Shown here: positions 11,930 through 22,734 of the stretch, one piece after another
Numbering within the stretch: the first letter of the stretch is position 1
How the letters are laid out: every line of letters starts with the position of its first letter
Origin: Rhynchopus sp. YZ270_cl-10
Lineage: Eukaryota
Direction of reading: 5' to 3'
Assembly (NCBI GenBank): GCA_964035575.1
Contig: OZ037844.1
Location: 1 to 64,000, forward strand
Length of the DNA stretch: 64,000 nucleotides
Program-made: the position numbers and the translations under genes
The notes under the pieces: generated by a model
Databases searched by the model: none
Told to the model about the DNA's origin: nothing
What the model saw: the letters and a program-made list of their open reading frames with translations, nothing else

Positions 11930-13517
11930 GCGCATGTAGTGAGGAGTGCTACGTGCGCACGTAGTGTATAGTGTACTGTGCGCACGTGGTGCGCACGTAG
12001 TGTATAGTGATACGTGCGCACGTGGTGCGCACGCTGTGTACAGTGTTCCGTGCGCACGTAGTGAAGAGTTTACTGTGCGCACGTGGTGCGCACGTAGTGT
12101 ATAGTGTTCTGTGCGCACGTAGTGAAGAGTTTACTGTGCGCACGTGGTGCGCACGTAGTGTATAGTGATACGTGCGCACGTGGTGCGCACGTAGTGTATA
12201 ATGATACGTGCGCACGTGGTGCGCACGCTGTGTATAGTGTTCCGTGCGCACGTAGTGAAGAGTTTACTGTGCGCACGTGGTGCGCACGTAGTGTATAGTG
12301 ATACGTGCGCACGTGGTGCGCACGCTGTGTACAGTGTTCCGTGCGCACGTAGTGAAGAGTTTACTGTGCGCACGTGGTGCGCACGTAGTGTATAGTGTTC
12401 TGTGCGCACGTAGTGAAGAGTTTACTGTGCGCACGTGGTGCGCACGTAGTGTATAGTGATACGTGCGCACGTGGTGCGCACGCTGTGTATAGTGTTCCGT
12501 GCGCACGTAGTGAAGAGTTTACTGTGCGCTTTTTTTCTCTTTTATGTACTTGGTCTTTTTTTGTATGTGAGAATAGAAGAAAGGAAAAAGGAAGAATGGA
12601 GTAAACAATAAAGACAATAAAATGAACAGGAAAATGGAAAAGGAAAAAGGAAATGAAAAAATGATGACCAAAAAAGGTCGGTGTTTCAAGTTTTAGTATA
12701 AAAGGTGGGCGGTAAAGTAAAGTAAGTGGCCACTTCCTCCTAAACAAAACAAGAAACTGCATCGTGTGTTTGTTTTTTATTCTTTTTAATCAATTTGAAT
12801 ACACAGGCGTCACACTTATGGGGCAAAAAAAGGAAAAAAAGAAGACCTAAACCTCCTTACTTAAAAGAAGGGAAGGGAGAATAAAAAACACACGTGCCCA
12901 TTGTTTCGTTGTCTGCAGGATGTCTTGTTTTAGTGCCTCACCTGGAAAAAGAAAAATGGATTCCACTCAGTAAAAATAGCACACCTGTTGAACACACGTC
13001 AGGCCAGGAACAGAAGAAAAGCAAACGCTTCCACGAATGGAAGCAAAAGAAAAGTGTGGTGAAAAAACCCTTTTGGCCAAGGTGGTCTTGACTCTCTGTC
13101 TACATACTTTGGGGATGCATGAAAAAATGAAACTAGATGATAGATAACAAGGAGTGTGCGAGAGTGGCCCTTCTCCAAGCTAAACAAAAAGCAAACACCC
13201 TCCACCCATCTGATCCCGCCCACAAACACAAACAATCACGACAGAAAACAAAACAGGCGGAGGATGACCAGGGTAGGTTTTACTTGGACAGCGAACCTCT
13301 GCCTTGATTCCTCTCACGCTCAGCAGGCGAGTTGCCTCAACTCTCCAGACCTGTGCTGCAACACAGGCCTGCACCTTTAGCCGCTTTTCGCTTCATGCCC
13401 CTCATCTGGCGCACTACTAACGGGGGACGCCCCATGTAGGCACATCGGTAGGATTTCGTCTTAACATAGTTTGAACCCCTTTTTAAAAAATGAACCCCAC
13501 TGTGCGCACGTGGTGCG
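11928..13517. repeat. GTGCGCAC satellite arm closing copy 2, interrupted by a retroposon
   Basis: Same monomers as 4430-5030. The array resumes at 13499-13517 (actgtgcgcacgtggtgcg) after the insertion. Confidence 0.95.
12530..13498 (-). mobile_element. ~1-kb non-coding poly(A) retroposon (SINE-like), copy 1
   Basis: T run at 12530-12536. 9-bp TSD actgtgcgc at 12521-12529 and 13499-13507. Reverse-complement copy at 23268-24263. Confidence 0.88.
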
Positions 13518-13892
13518 ATATAAACTTCGTTCGCCGGGTCCCCCAAAAATGCCAGTCTGGTGTTATCTCCTTACTGTAAATCCTGTCGAATAAATGGCCT
13601 AGGAGGAAGCAGGTGAAGTCAGACAGACAGAGGCAGAGACAGTAGGATTTGGTGACGGGCTAAAAAACCTGTCGTTCTTGTGTGACACTTCCATGGAAAC
13701 GTGATGAGGACCACACTTTTTTTACAGGTGGTTTTTTTTTGTATGCACCTCACGCACTGGGCAGGTGGTCCGCTATTCGCTTCCCACGGGGCGCTCGCGT
13801 GCGCGCTTCGCGCGCCCGCTCGCGGTAACGTGTACAAAAAAACTCTATGGTCACTTTTTTGCACTATTGTGTGCTGGGAAGCATGCCACAAG

Positions 13893-13913
13893 TTTTTTTT
13901 TTTTTTTTTTTTT

Positions 13914-13958
<45 letters not shown>

Positions 13959-16900
13959 GGTGTTGTTCAACTTAGCCCTAGGCTCGCTTTTTTTTTATCT
14001 ACATCCAGTGACAGAGGGGGTACTTACTAGTCAAGCGAGTATGTAAACAGCTAGATGTCCAGACAAGGGCACTTTACTATTGTACTGGCAAGACAGTGCC
14101 TGAAAACACAGTTAGTGGCACTAAAATAGAAAGCATCTGGGACAACTACAACCAACACTTCCCTGCAAATAAGCAAAAGGGTCGTATGTGAGTGCAATTT
14201 TTCCCAAAAGGAAAAGGGGAGGGGATGGGACGGGAGGGTTGCTCTGTCTACCGGTGTAGTTTTATTTTGCTTTGTCTTGGGGAGGGGAGGGGAGGAGAAG
14301 GAGGGGATTGAGTGAGCCGTTTCCTCTGTAACACACAAACAAATAAAAAGGAAGTTCCATAATCTTTTTAGTAGTTTTCTTTTTGGTGAAAATTTTTGAG
14401 AACTTCTGTAAGTGTGACCTGACCCGACTGACTGACACCCAAAGGGGAAAACAACAATAACGCACAACAAAATCAACAACAACAATGGTGGGTCTCGTGC
14501 TTACTTACCTGTGGTGGTTTTGAAAAATGAAAAATTTAAATTGACCTTCACAAGGTAAAAATGAAAAACTAAAGGAGTGAAAAAAGGAACTCAAAGGACA
14601 AGAGTTCTGTACAAACTCTACTCTACTGCACAATCTATAAAAGTGGCCCAATGGCTCCTGATGCCACTGGCCTGGCTCTTAGACAGGTCTTACTCCGAGA
14701 CTGCCCTCTACCCTCAGAGCCTCGTCCAAGGGGTAAGGGCCGTCGCTGGGGTAGACCCGTCCTAGCCAGCAGCCAACCAAAAATATTAACAAATAGGAAG
14801 GGGGGCGGAAAGGGGGGAAAGGGGGGGGCAAACCCCAAAGGATGAAAAGAACCAAAAACACAAAATAAAAAGGGTTAAAAATAAACATGGGGCAAACTGT
14901 CATTCTCTACACGCTTCTACACACACACTCTCACCCTCTAACTCTCTAACTCTCTAATTCTTTTTATTCCCCTTTTTCCCCTTCCTTCCTCCGCTCTGTC
15001 TCCCCTTCTGTCCACCACCGCGACCATTGCGCCCTCTCTGCACCTCCTGGGGCGAGAGCACATGCTGCGTCGCTTGTGCCACTGCGTCGGTGAACACGTT
15101 CGACGTGTTGGACCTACCCTGAGCTGCATGGCGCTGGGGTCCTTTGGGAGCTGGGGAAGGAGCAGGTTGGGCGGAGGAGGTTGCATTGCCACGGCCTGCC
15201 GATGAGGAGGAGGAAGAAGTGGAGACTGCAGGTTGGGCGATGGAGGTTGTAGTGCCACGGCCTGCAGAGGTGGAGGAAGAAGAAGAAGAAGAAGAGGAGG
15301 CTTGAGGTTGTCGGCCTATTCCCTCTCGAGCCGCTCGTGCCTCATTCTCCCTCCTTGTACTCTCCGCTGCAAAGGCCTGCCCCCTACTGCTCCGGTTGTC
15401 CGTCAGGGCATGCAACGTCGACTTTGCCTTGCACTTTTCCTGAACCGACCACTCATGCAAACCCACCACCTTCATCACCTCATACCACTGAGTGAAAGTA
15501 GCGGTAGAGAGGGGGAGTGACAACAAGGGTCTGCCATCCTGTTTCTCTCCCTGACGGTAGTGGAACAGGGAGATCCACTTCGTCACAGAAGAAGGCACCG
15601 GCGACCCCATGGTGAGGCACGGGAAAAGACCCCCCCTCTCCGTCCGCTCCTCCTCCGTCCACATCCAAGCCTCGCTCTGCGCCCTCAGCAATTCCCTCAC
15701 CCTCGCTTGCTTCTTCTGGTCAGGGATGCCTTCCACTGACAGAGAATGCGAGCGATCCGCCCCCTCCATCGCGGTGTCGAGGTCCTCCTCCTGCTCCTGC
15801 TCATCATCATCCATCTCCTCCACCTTCACACGCACCTCGGTGTCTGCCGCCTCGGCCTGTCGCCCCACCTCCTCCTCCAGCTGATCCCGAGAAGGGGTTC
15901 CCCAGCTGACCCTGCCTTCCCGAACGACGATGACCGCGCTGGTCTTGCCCCAGGTGTCGCAGTATCCGGCCTCCCCTGCTATCTTCCTAACCGCCTGACG
16001 GGCGACCACCGACTCCGGGCAATCACCGTCCCCCTCCCCGTTCCCACTCCACGGCTGCTGTGTCGCCCAGCAGTACAGGAACTCGCCCGGGCACGGAGAA
16101 GCACCTTGAGGACCAAAGAGAGCCATCCAGTCGCCGACACAGTCAGGTTCGAGTCCTTCAGGGTCGTCGCCCACCGCTCTCCGCACCGCATGGCAGGGGA
16201 GGAATAGCCGCCCTTCGCACACCACCCCAAAGCACCGCCCGTATGCCACCATGCGTTCTGCCTCCAGCTGTCGGGAGAGGTTCACCGCCGTCAACAACAG
16301 AGTGGTCGCCTTCTGCTCCGACTCATGCTTAGCTGCGATGGCGTAATGCCTCTCGCAGCGTTGCCTGTCATACTCCGCCCGGAGCGACTCTCCTGCTTCG
16401 GGGTGCCGATCGCAGTCTTCCAAGTACTGCGCATGCATCTTCTTCGCGTCCTCTGCGAGTTCCCGCTTGTGCCTGGCGGTCAGCTCCTCCACACGATGCC
16501 TGTCCGCCGCCTTCGCCTGGTCCAGACGCACATTCTGTTCCTCCAGGAAACGACTCAACTCCTGCTGGCGGTCGCCAAAAGTGCCCCGAAGCGCGGCCAA
16601 ATCCGGTCCCCACGACCGACGATGCTCCCGCCGTACCTCCAGGGCTTGCTGCCACGCGTCCGACGCACGCTGCAACGCTTCCTTCTTCACCTGGTCCGCC
16701 TTTTGTTGTTGCTGCTTCTGCTGTTTCCGTTGCTTCTCGTGCTTCTGCTGCTTCTGTTCTGCCTGCTGCCCCTCTTCGCCCGCCATTGGCATGTCTACCT
16801 CCTCGACGTCCTCGCCCTCGGGAGCTGGCACTGCTGGAGAAGGAGCCCGTTTAGGTGGTGGGTCTCCGCTCCCCTCCGCAGAGGCAGCCTGAGCCGGAAC

Positions 16901-19844
16901 ATTCGAGTGCAAAAAAGACAGGGCACTGAAATATTCCGCCCTGCCAATTTGCGACAGAGGGCAGTGCTTGGACCCCTGAGCGCAGTGCAGACATGCCAAG
17001 CCACCACACGTGTGACAGCAGAAGTGTGCGTCCGACGCATCGAAGAGCTTGCTGCATTGTTCGCACTGCAGGAAAGTGTTCGACGCCTCCGCCTCCCTCG
17101 CTCCCACAAAAGCCATGGGGCGCTCTGACTGGCACTCCCCCTTACCACCTGTGGCCTCAAAAGACAGGATGTGCTGCTGCAGAGCCGGGTCCATGGTGAG
17201 GGGCTCGTAGTGTCCCGGGATACTGCCGGATCCATCTGCCGCATCCTGGTCACCCGAGTGGAGGAGAAGGACCACTGCCTTAGGCCGTTTTCTTGGCACC
17301 ATCAGAGAAGGGCGGGCGAACTCGTTGAGGATGACCACAGATACCTCAAGAGCCTCCCCTGCCCCCGCCACTGCAATGGCATCCGCCCACGTACGCTCGT
17401 CTCCTCTGTCCCCACTCGTCATCAGCCGCTGCCAGACCCCAAAATTAGGGACAGCCGCACTCGACAGATCAGCGCGGCCCTGGACCTTCTTCACTGCCGC
17501 CTGGCGCAGACCCTCCACCGTCAAATCCGTGCGCCCGGTGGCGAAGAGCAAAGCCTCAAAAGCACAGTCCCCCGCCACAAACGACCAAGTCACCTTCGAG
17601 GCTCCCAGCTTGGCCGCCTGCTCCGTCGCCCGAGGCCTCTGCGCTGCCGGGCACTCACGCAAAAACTCCCACTCACGCACCACATCGAGACCAGGCCCTT
17701 CCGGAATCACGGTGGCCGAATCGAACCTCCCGGTCCGCTTCCTCGGTGGCTCCACGTGGTCCGGCTTCACGTCCCTCTTGCGCTTCCCCTGCTGCTCCTC
17801 CGTTCGGTCTGCAGGACGACTCATATCGTCGTCAGGGTTCGCATCGTCACAGAGAGGTTCCACGGCCCCTGCACTGCGGCGTCCAAACCGGTCCATGTCC
17901 TCTGCAGACGGTGCCACATCTACCTCCACACACGGCTCCCGCTTCAGGGTGGCAATCCCTACACACATAGCACCCCGCTCCAGAAAGGAAGATGCGACCT
18001 TTTTCTGGTACGCCACCGCAATGCTCTCCCGGATGCGCAACTCTGCCGACCCTGTCAGGTGCGACGTCTGTCCCGTCGTCAGGCCTCCAAGCTGCGCAAT
18101 CAAGAGGTTCGCCTCGTCGCCTGCACCCCCGAAGGCTTCAAACACAATAGGGGAGAACTTGGTATTGATCTTGTTCAAATCCCGCTCGTGCTTCTCCCGT
18201 TTGACCTGGCCCTGGTTCTTCGCCGACCAGCCCACAAACTTCGAGGCCCCTGTTCTGTAGGAAGGCAAGGTGGGGCACACGTGGGTGATGTCCAAACAAC
18301 GAGGTCCATTTTCCGCCACTCCTACTGGGAGGTAGACGTCGCCTGGCCGCTTCTTCGACTCCAACTCCACTCGCACGGTCTCCTCCAAAGCAGGGTCCAA
18401 GCCCGCCCCTTGAGCAGCTCGGTACACCGAATCCCGCAAGGCGTTGTGGCGGGCGACGCGGTGTTTGGAGTAGGGGCAGCCAAAGGTGTGGTCGCCAAAG
18501 GAGTCCATGACAACCCTTTTCTGCCCCCCCTGACATGCCGAGCAAGTCGTTCCCTCCGCATGGATGGCCACCCCTAGTCGGAAACGGGTCACAACCGCAA
18601 AATCCGCTGAAGACATCTGGTTCCTTGCTGAGGGTGTCGCCGTGAGGTACGTCCCGGAAAGCGGCAGGAGAAGGGACTTCATCCGTGCTCGGTCTCGCAT
18701 GCAGAGCTGTTGCATCAACTTGTCTGCCTGGGCGTCAATCACCGCAGATGACAGACTCTGCTGCTCCAGGATCTTCTTCGGCTGGGCCCTGTCCACGTGA
18801 AACGCCACCGGTACCCTGGAGTTGTACTCCTCAGCCGCGCTGTTCCATCTCTCCTCATCCCAGGTGAAGGCAGGGTCCAAGGCCTGCGACAGTTGCAGGT
18901 TCCCTGACTGAGAGGCGAGGGACGCAGCTGTCCGATGGTCCACGGTGCGACGGATACCCAGCCCCCCAAGCGCCACAGGAAGCGCCGCCTGCGCCCTTGC
19001 CAACTCCGGCAGCGCCCCATCCGGGTCATGCAGAAGCGCAGCCAGGCACCTGTCGATCAGGTCGTCAAAGGCCGTCAGGTACTCCGCGCACTGTGGGATC
19101 CCCCGCATGTAGAACACCATGCGGCAGTAGCCTTCGCAGTATCTCAGTACGTAGAAGGCTGCCTGGGAGTCCCCGAGGTCCACAAGGGCTTCCAGGTTGC
19201 GGCGGGAATCGTCCACCTTCTGGGCCATGTACTCCTCGCAGAAAGCCGCAGACCCAATGGGGATGCCCAAGAAGTCGAACCCATCCACATCCAACAGCCG
19301 GAACCCGCCTTCACCCATGGCGTCCTGTCCACCCTCGTTCAACGTGAACCCCACGGCCTCGAGATCCTCCTTGGAGACGCCACCAGTGGAGATGAGCTCA
19401 CACTTGTTCGCGTTCACCTCCAACCCCAGTTCGGAGCTACGAGTGCACAGAACCTGGTACGCCTCAAAAACCGCCTTAGGGGACCCCCGCAGAGAGCCGT
19501 CATCGAGGTACCACAAAGTCCCATCCAGGCCTGGGTGCCCCTTCAGCTCTAGCGCCATCTGGTGGATGGTCAGGGAGAAGAGAAGCGGGCCCAAGGGATC
19601 TCCTTGTTGAGCTCCGCGCTGTGACCTTATGGTATCTCCACCATAAAACAGGCTGGAGGGCTCCAGGTAACACCATCGCACCCATGGGGCCAGCTCGGGG
19701 AGGTTGGCGTCGACCGCTCTTAGCATCGACAGGCGGTCTACGCAGTTGAACGCGTTACGGTAGTCAATTTTCAAAATGACTTTACCTTTTCCGCGGTTGC
19801 GCACGGCGTACTGCGAGATAACATCAGTCGCCACTGCCGCTTTT
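13893..19844 (-). mobile_element. 5'-truncated CRE/SLACS-like (REL-endonuclease) non-LTR retrotransposon
   Basis: Poly(A) tail is the T run at 13893-13958. TSD gaagcatgccacaag(t) at 13878-13892 and 19845-19859. About 1-kb 3' UTR and a single long ORF. Confidence 0.92.
14954..19844 (-). CDS. Retrotransposon polyprotein (N-truncated): RT - CCHC knuckle - REL endonuclease - OTU-like protease - Cys cluster - coiled coil
   Basis: RT motifs KIDYRNAFN, QQGDPLGP, YLDDG, LGGLG. CSAC..GDHTFGC, RHNALRD, KRPGDV, CLDITHV, PIVFEAFG. Then GDCAFEAL..TWADAIAV..LLHSG..GHYEPL and CEQC..CHTCGGLACLHC. Confidence 0.9.
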
Positions 19845-20236
19845 GAAGCATGCCACAAGTGTCATGTTTTACAAGGTAAAAATGACCGAAAAAGCTGATT
19901 TTTGGCCGAATGCCACATGTCATTTGGCAGTCCATTTTTTGAACAGGACTGTCTTAAATTTTTTTTTTGGGCCTCAATACCCCCAAACAACACGTTAAGC
20001 CCAAAAAATTCACTTTTGGATGAGCAACTATTTATTTAAAAAAATCGATTTTTTGGTCAAATCCCCTCTGGATGGTGAGGGGGTGTGTGGGTGGGTGTGT
20101 GGGTGGGTGGTGTGGGTGTGGGTTTGCGGGTGTGTGGTGTGGGTGGCGCACATCTCTATAGTAAAGACTAAAAAACTAAGGTTTTTTAGGACTTCAATGA
20201 CCTTCCAGAACTCCCAGTCCAGAACTCCCAATACAA

Positions 20237-20876
20237 AGCTAAGGAGCTAAGGAGCTAAGGAGCTAAGGAGCTAAGGAGCTAAGGAGCTAAGGAGCTAAGG
20301 AGCTAAGGAGCTAAGGAGCTAAGGAGCTAAGGAGCTAAGGAGCTAAGGAGCTAAGGAGCTAAGGAGCTAAGGAGCTAAGGAGCTAAGGAGCTAAGGAGCT
20401 AAGGAGCTAAGGAGCTAAGGAGCTAAGGAGCTAAGGAGCTAAGGAGCTAAGGAGCTAAGGAGCTAAGGAGCTAAGGAGCTAAGGAGCTAAGGAGCTAAGG
20501 AGCTAAGGAGCTAAGGAGCTAAGGAGCTAAGGAGCTAAGGAGCTAAGGAGCTAAGGAGCTAAGGAGCTAAGGAGCTAAGGAGCTAAGGAGCTAAGGAGCT
20601 AAGGAGCTAAGGAGCTAAGGAGCTAAGGAGCTAAGGAGCTAAGGAGCTAAGGAGCTAAGGAGCTAAGGAGCTAAGGAGCTAAGGAGCTAAGGAGCTAAGG
20701 AGCTAAGGAGCTAAGGAGCTAAGGAGCTAAGGAGCTAAGGAGCTAAGGAGCTAAGGAGCTAAGGAGCTAAGGAGCTAAGGAGCTAAGGAGCTAAGGAGCT
20801 AAGGAGCTAAGGAGCTAAGGAGCTAAGGAGCTAAGGAGCTAAGGAGCTAAGGAGCTAAGGAGCTAAGGAGCTAAGG
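20237..20876. repeat. Perfect 8-bp tandem repeat (AGCTAAGG) x80
   Basis: Direct reading; no variant units seen. Confidence 0.98.
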
Positions 20877-21093
20877 ATTAAGACAAACATTTTACACAGC
20901 CCAAATCTTCATCTTTGTGATCAAGATCTTGACAATTCCCACAAAAACGTGGACCACATTACAAACCGATGCTACCCTCATGAACATTAAACAAACATTT
21001 GCCAACTGATGTGTCCGCCCTAAACTGCTACCATGTCTGCCTTCGTTGGAAGAGCGACTTGAGGAAGCCTGTTCTAAGCAGTACACCTCGTAG

Positions 21094-22278
21094 TCATTGT
21101 GCACGTCTCTGCCGTTTGTGTGCTTGCTGGGGGGATTCGTCTCTGCTGCGTTTCGGACGTGCTTCAACCACAAGCTTGCTCAGCTTGCACTTCACTACTG
21201 CGTCGGACACAGCACTGCTGCAGCCGGTAAGGTGAATACTCTTCAACGAAGTGCAGTTATTAAGAAAGTGCGAACCAATAAACGTAATCTTGCTGAGTGC
21301 TGAAAGATCCAGAGTGGTTAAACCTTTGCAGCTGCTGAGAAAGTAGTTATCGACTTCTGTCACGTTGCTGAGTGGCGAAAGATCCAGAGTGGTTAAACCT
21401 TCGCAGTCGTAGAGAAAGAAGCTACCGAATTCTGTCACGTTGCTGAGCGCTGAAAGATCCAGAGTGGTTAAACCTTTGCAGCTGCTGAGAAAGTAGTCAC
21501 CGACTTCTGTCACGTTGCTGAGTGGCGAAAGATCCAGAGTGGTTAAACCTTCGCAACCGTTGAGAAAGCGATCGCCGACTTCTGTCACGTTGCTGAGTGC
21601 TGAAAGATCCAGAGTGGTTAAACCTTTGCAGCTCCTGAGAAAGTAGTCACCGACTTCTGTCACGTTGCTGAGTGGCCAAAGATCCAGAGTGGTTAAACCT
21701 TTGCAGTCGTAGAGAAAGTAGCTACCGATGCGCGTCAAGTTGCTGAGTGGCGAAAGATCCAGAGTGGTTAAGCCTTCGCAACCGTTGAGAAAGTAGCTAC
21801 CGATGCGCGTCACATTGCTCAACCCTGACAGGTTGATGCTTGTCAACGTTGTGCAATCGTACAGAAAGCTATCACCAACTTCTATCACACACGACACAGC
21901 ACTCAGATCAAGTCTCGTTAATGAACCCGACAAGAATTCATTCGGAATGACAGTCGCAACCTCCGCCTGCAGAAGGAAACACGCCACCTCAGGATCCTCC
22001 ACCTCCTCCAACCGTTTTGCCGTGATGTCCGTCTCACCCAACGCGTGAAGCTCTGCTCGGGCTGCGTACTTCTTAGTTTTCGTGAGGATGATTGTGTCTC
22101 CAGAACTCAGCTGCGTGATGTCCTCTCCTTCCCGCTTCCCTCCGAAGCCCATGTGGAAGCTGTCCTCAGCCAACCCCACTGCAGACGCCACCTTCTGCCG
22201 CATCGTCTCCGTTGTGTCATCCACACCCACCTCGATCATGAACAAGTTGTCGTCATACCCCTTGATGGTTACGTCCAT
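21094..22278 (-). CDS. Ubiquitin-like N-terminal domain + 25-aa leucine-rich repeats (BspA-like), basic C-terminus
   Basis: Repeats LTTLDLSxLSNVTEVGDxFLxxCxG at a 75-bp period. N-terminus MDVTIKGYDDNLFMIEVGVDDTTETMRQKVA..GDTIIL fits a beta-grasp pattern. C-terminal RPKR..HKRQRR. Confidence 0.85.
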   Translation of the reverse strand: MDVTIKGYDDNLFMIEVGVDDTTETMRQKVASAVGLAEDSFHMGFGGKREGEDITQLSSGDTIILTKTKKYAARAELHALGETDITAKRLEEVEDPEVACFLLQAEVATVIPNEFLSGSLTRLDLSAVSCVIEVGDSFLYDCTTLTSINLSGLSNVTRIGSYFLNGCEGLTTLDLSPLSNLTRIGSYFLYDCKGLTTLDLWPLSNVTEVGDYFLRSCKGLTTLDLSALSNVTEVGDRFLNGCEGLTTLDLSPLSNVTEVGDYFLSSCKGLTTLDLSALSNVTEFGSFFLYDCEGLTTLDLSPLSNVTEVDNYFLSSCKGLTTLDLSALSKITFIGSHFLNNCTSLKSIHLTGCSSAVSDAVVKCKLSKLVVEARPKRSRDESPQQAHKRQRRAQ

Positions 22279-22734
22279 TTTGTCTTCTTTTTTGTGTTGC
22301 TCTGTTGTGTGGTGGGGTTGTGGGAGTAGGAGAGGACATCAGAACACTGAAGGAGGCAATCATGGTGTTGTGTCGAAGTGGCGGGTTGAGTGAAGTCAAG
22401 TCGACAGCTGTTAAACCTATGCACCCATCGAGGAAGCAGTCCCCCGATGTCCGTAAGACTGTTGAATGAAGACAAATCGACTGATGTTAAACTGCTGCAG
22501 TTGTAGAGGAAGTGGCTCTCAATGCGCGTGACAGTCGACACAGCACTCAGATCAAGTCGCGTAATCGATGTCCTCGCCAAGAACATAATAGTAATGACAG
22601 TCGTAACCTCCGCCTGCAGAAGCAAACACGCCACCTCAGGATCCTCCACCACCTCGAACCTCTCTGGAGTCAGGTCTGTCTCACCCAACGCATGAAGAGC
22701 TGCTATGGCTTCACACCTTTTTGTCGTCGTGAGG

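Larger units (their letters stand above)
1..13517. repeat. Tandem duplication of a ~7.5-kb unit (three intron-containing genes flanked by inverted GTGCGCAC arrays); copy 1 runs off the window start
   Basis: Sequence at 1-4430 recurs at 7518-11945. The offset drifts 7517>7516>7515 through two 1-bp homopolymer differences. Identical ORFs in the track (184/7701, 2266/9782, 3697/11212). Confidence 0.97.

Noticed and set aside
13850..13892. Spliced-leader RNA gene as the CRE target
   Set aside because: No euglenozoan mini-exon sequence (..cagtttctgtactttattg) on either flank.
15233..19610. Long plus-strand ORFs opposite the retrotransposon (and opposite the ABCC, receptor and GH115 genes)
   Set aside because: Antisense shadows of GC3-rich coding sequence with no motifs.
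19845..19858. Track start 'MWHAS' of the 1634-aa ORF
   Set aside because: Lies within the TSD; the element is 5'-truncated inside the RT domain.
20237..20876. True chromosome telomere
   Set aside because: Internal position and not TTAGGG; kept only as a possible element terminus.
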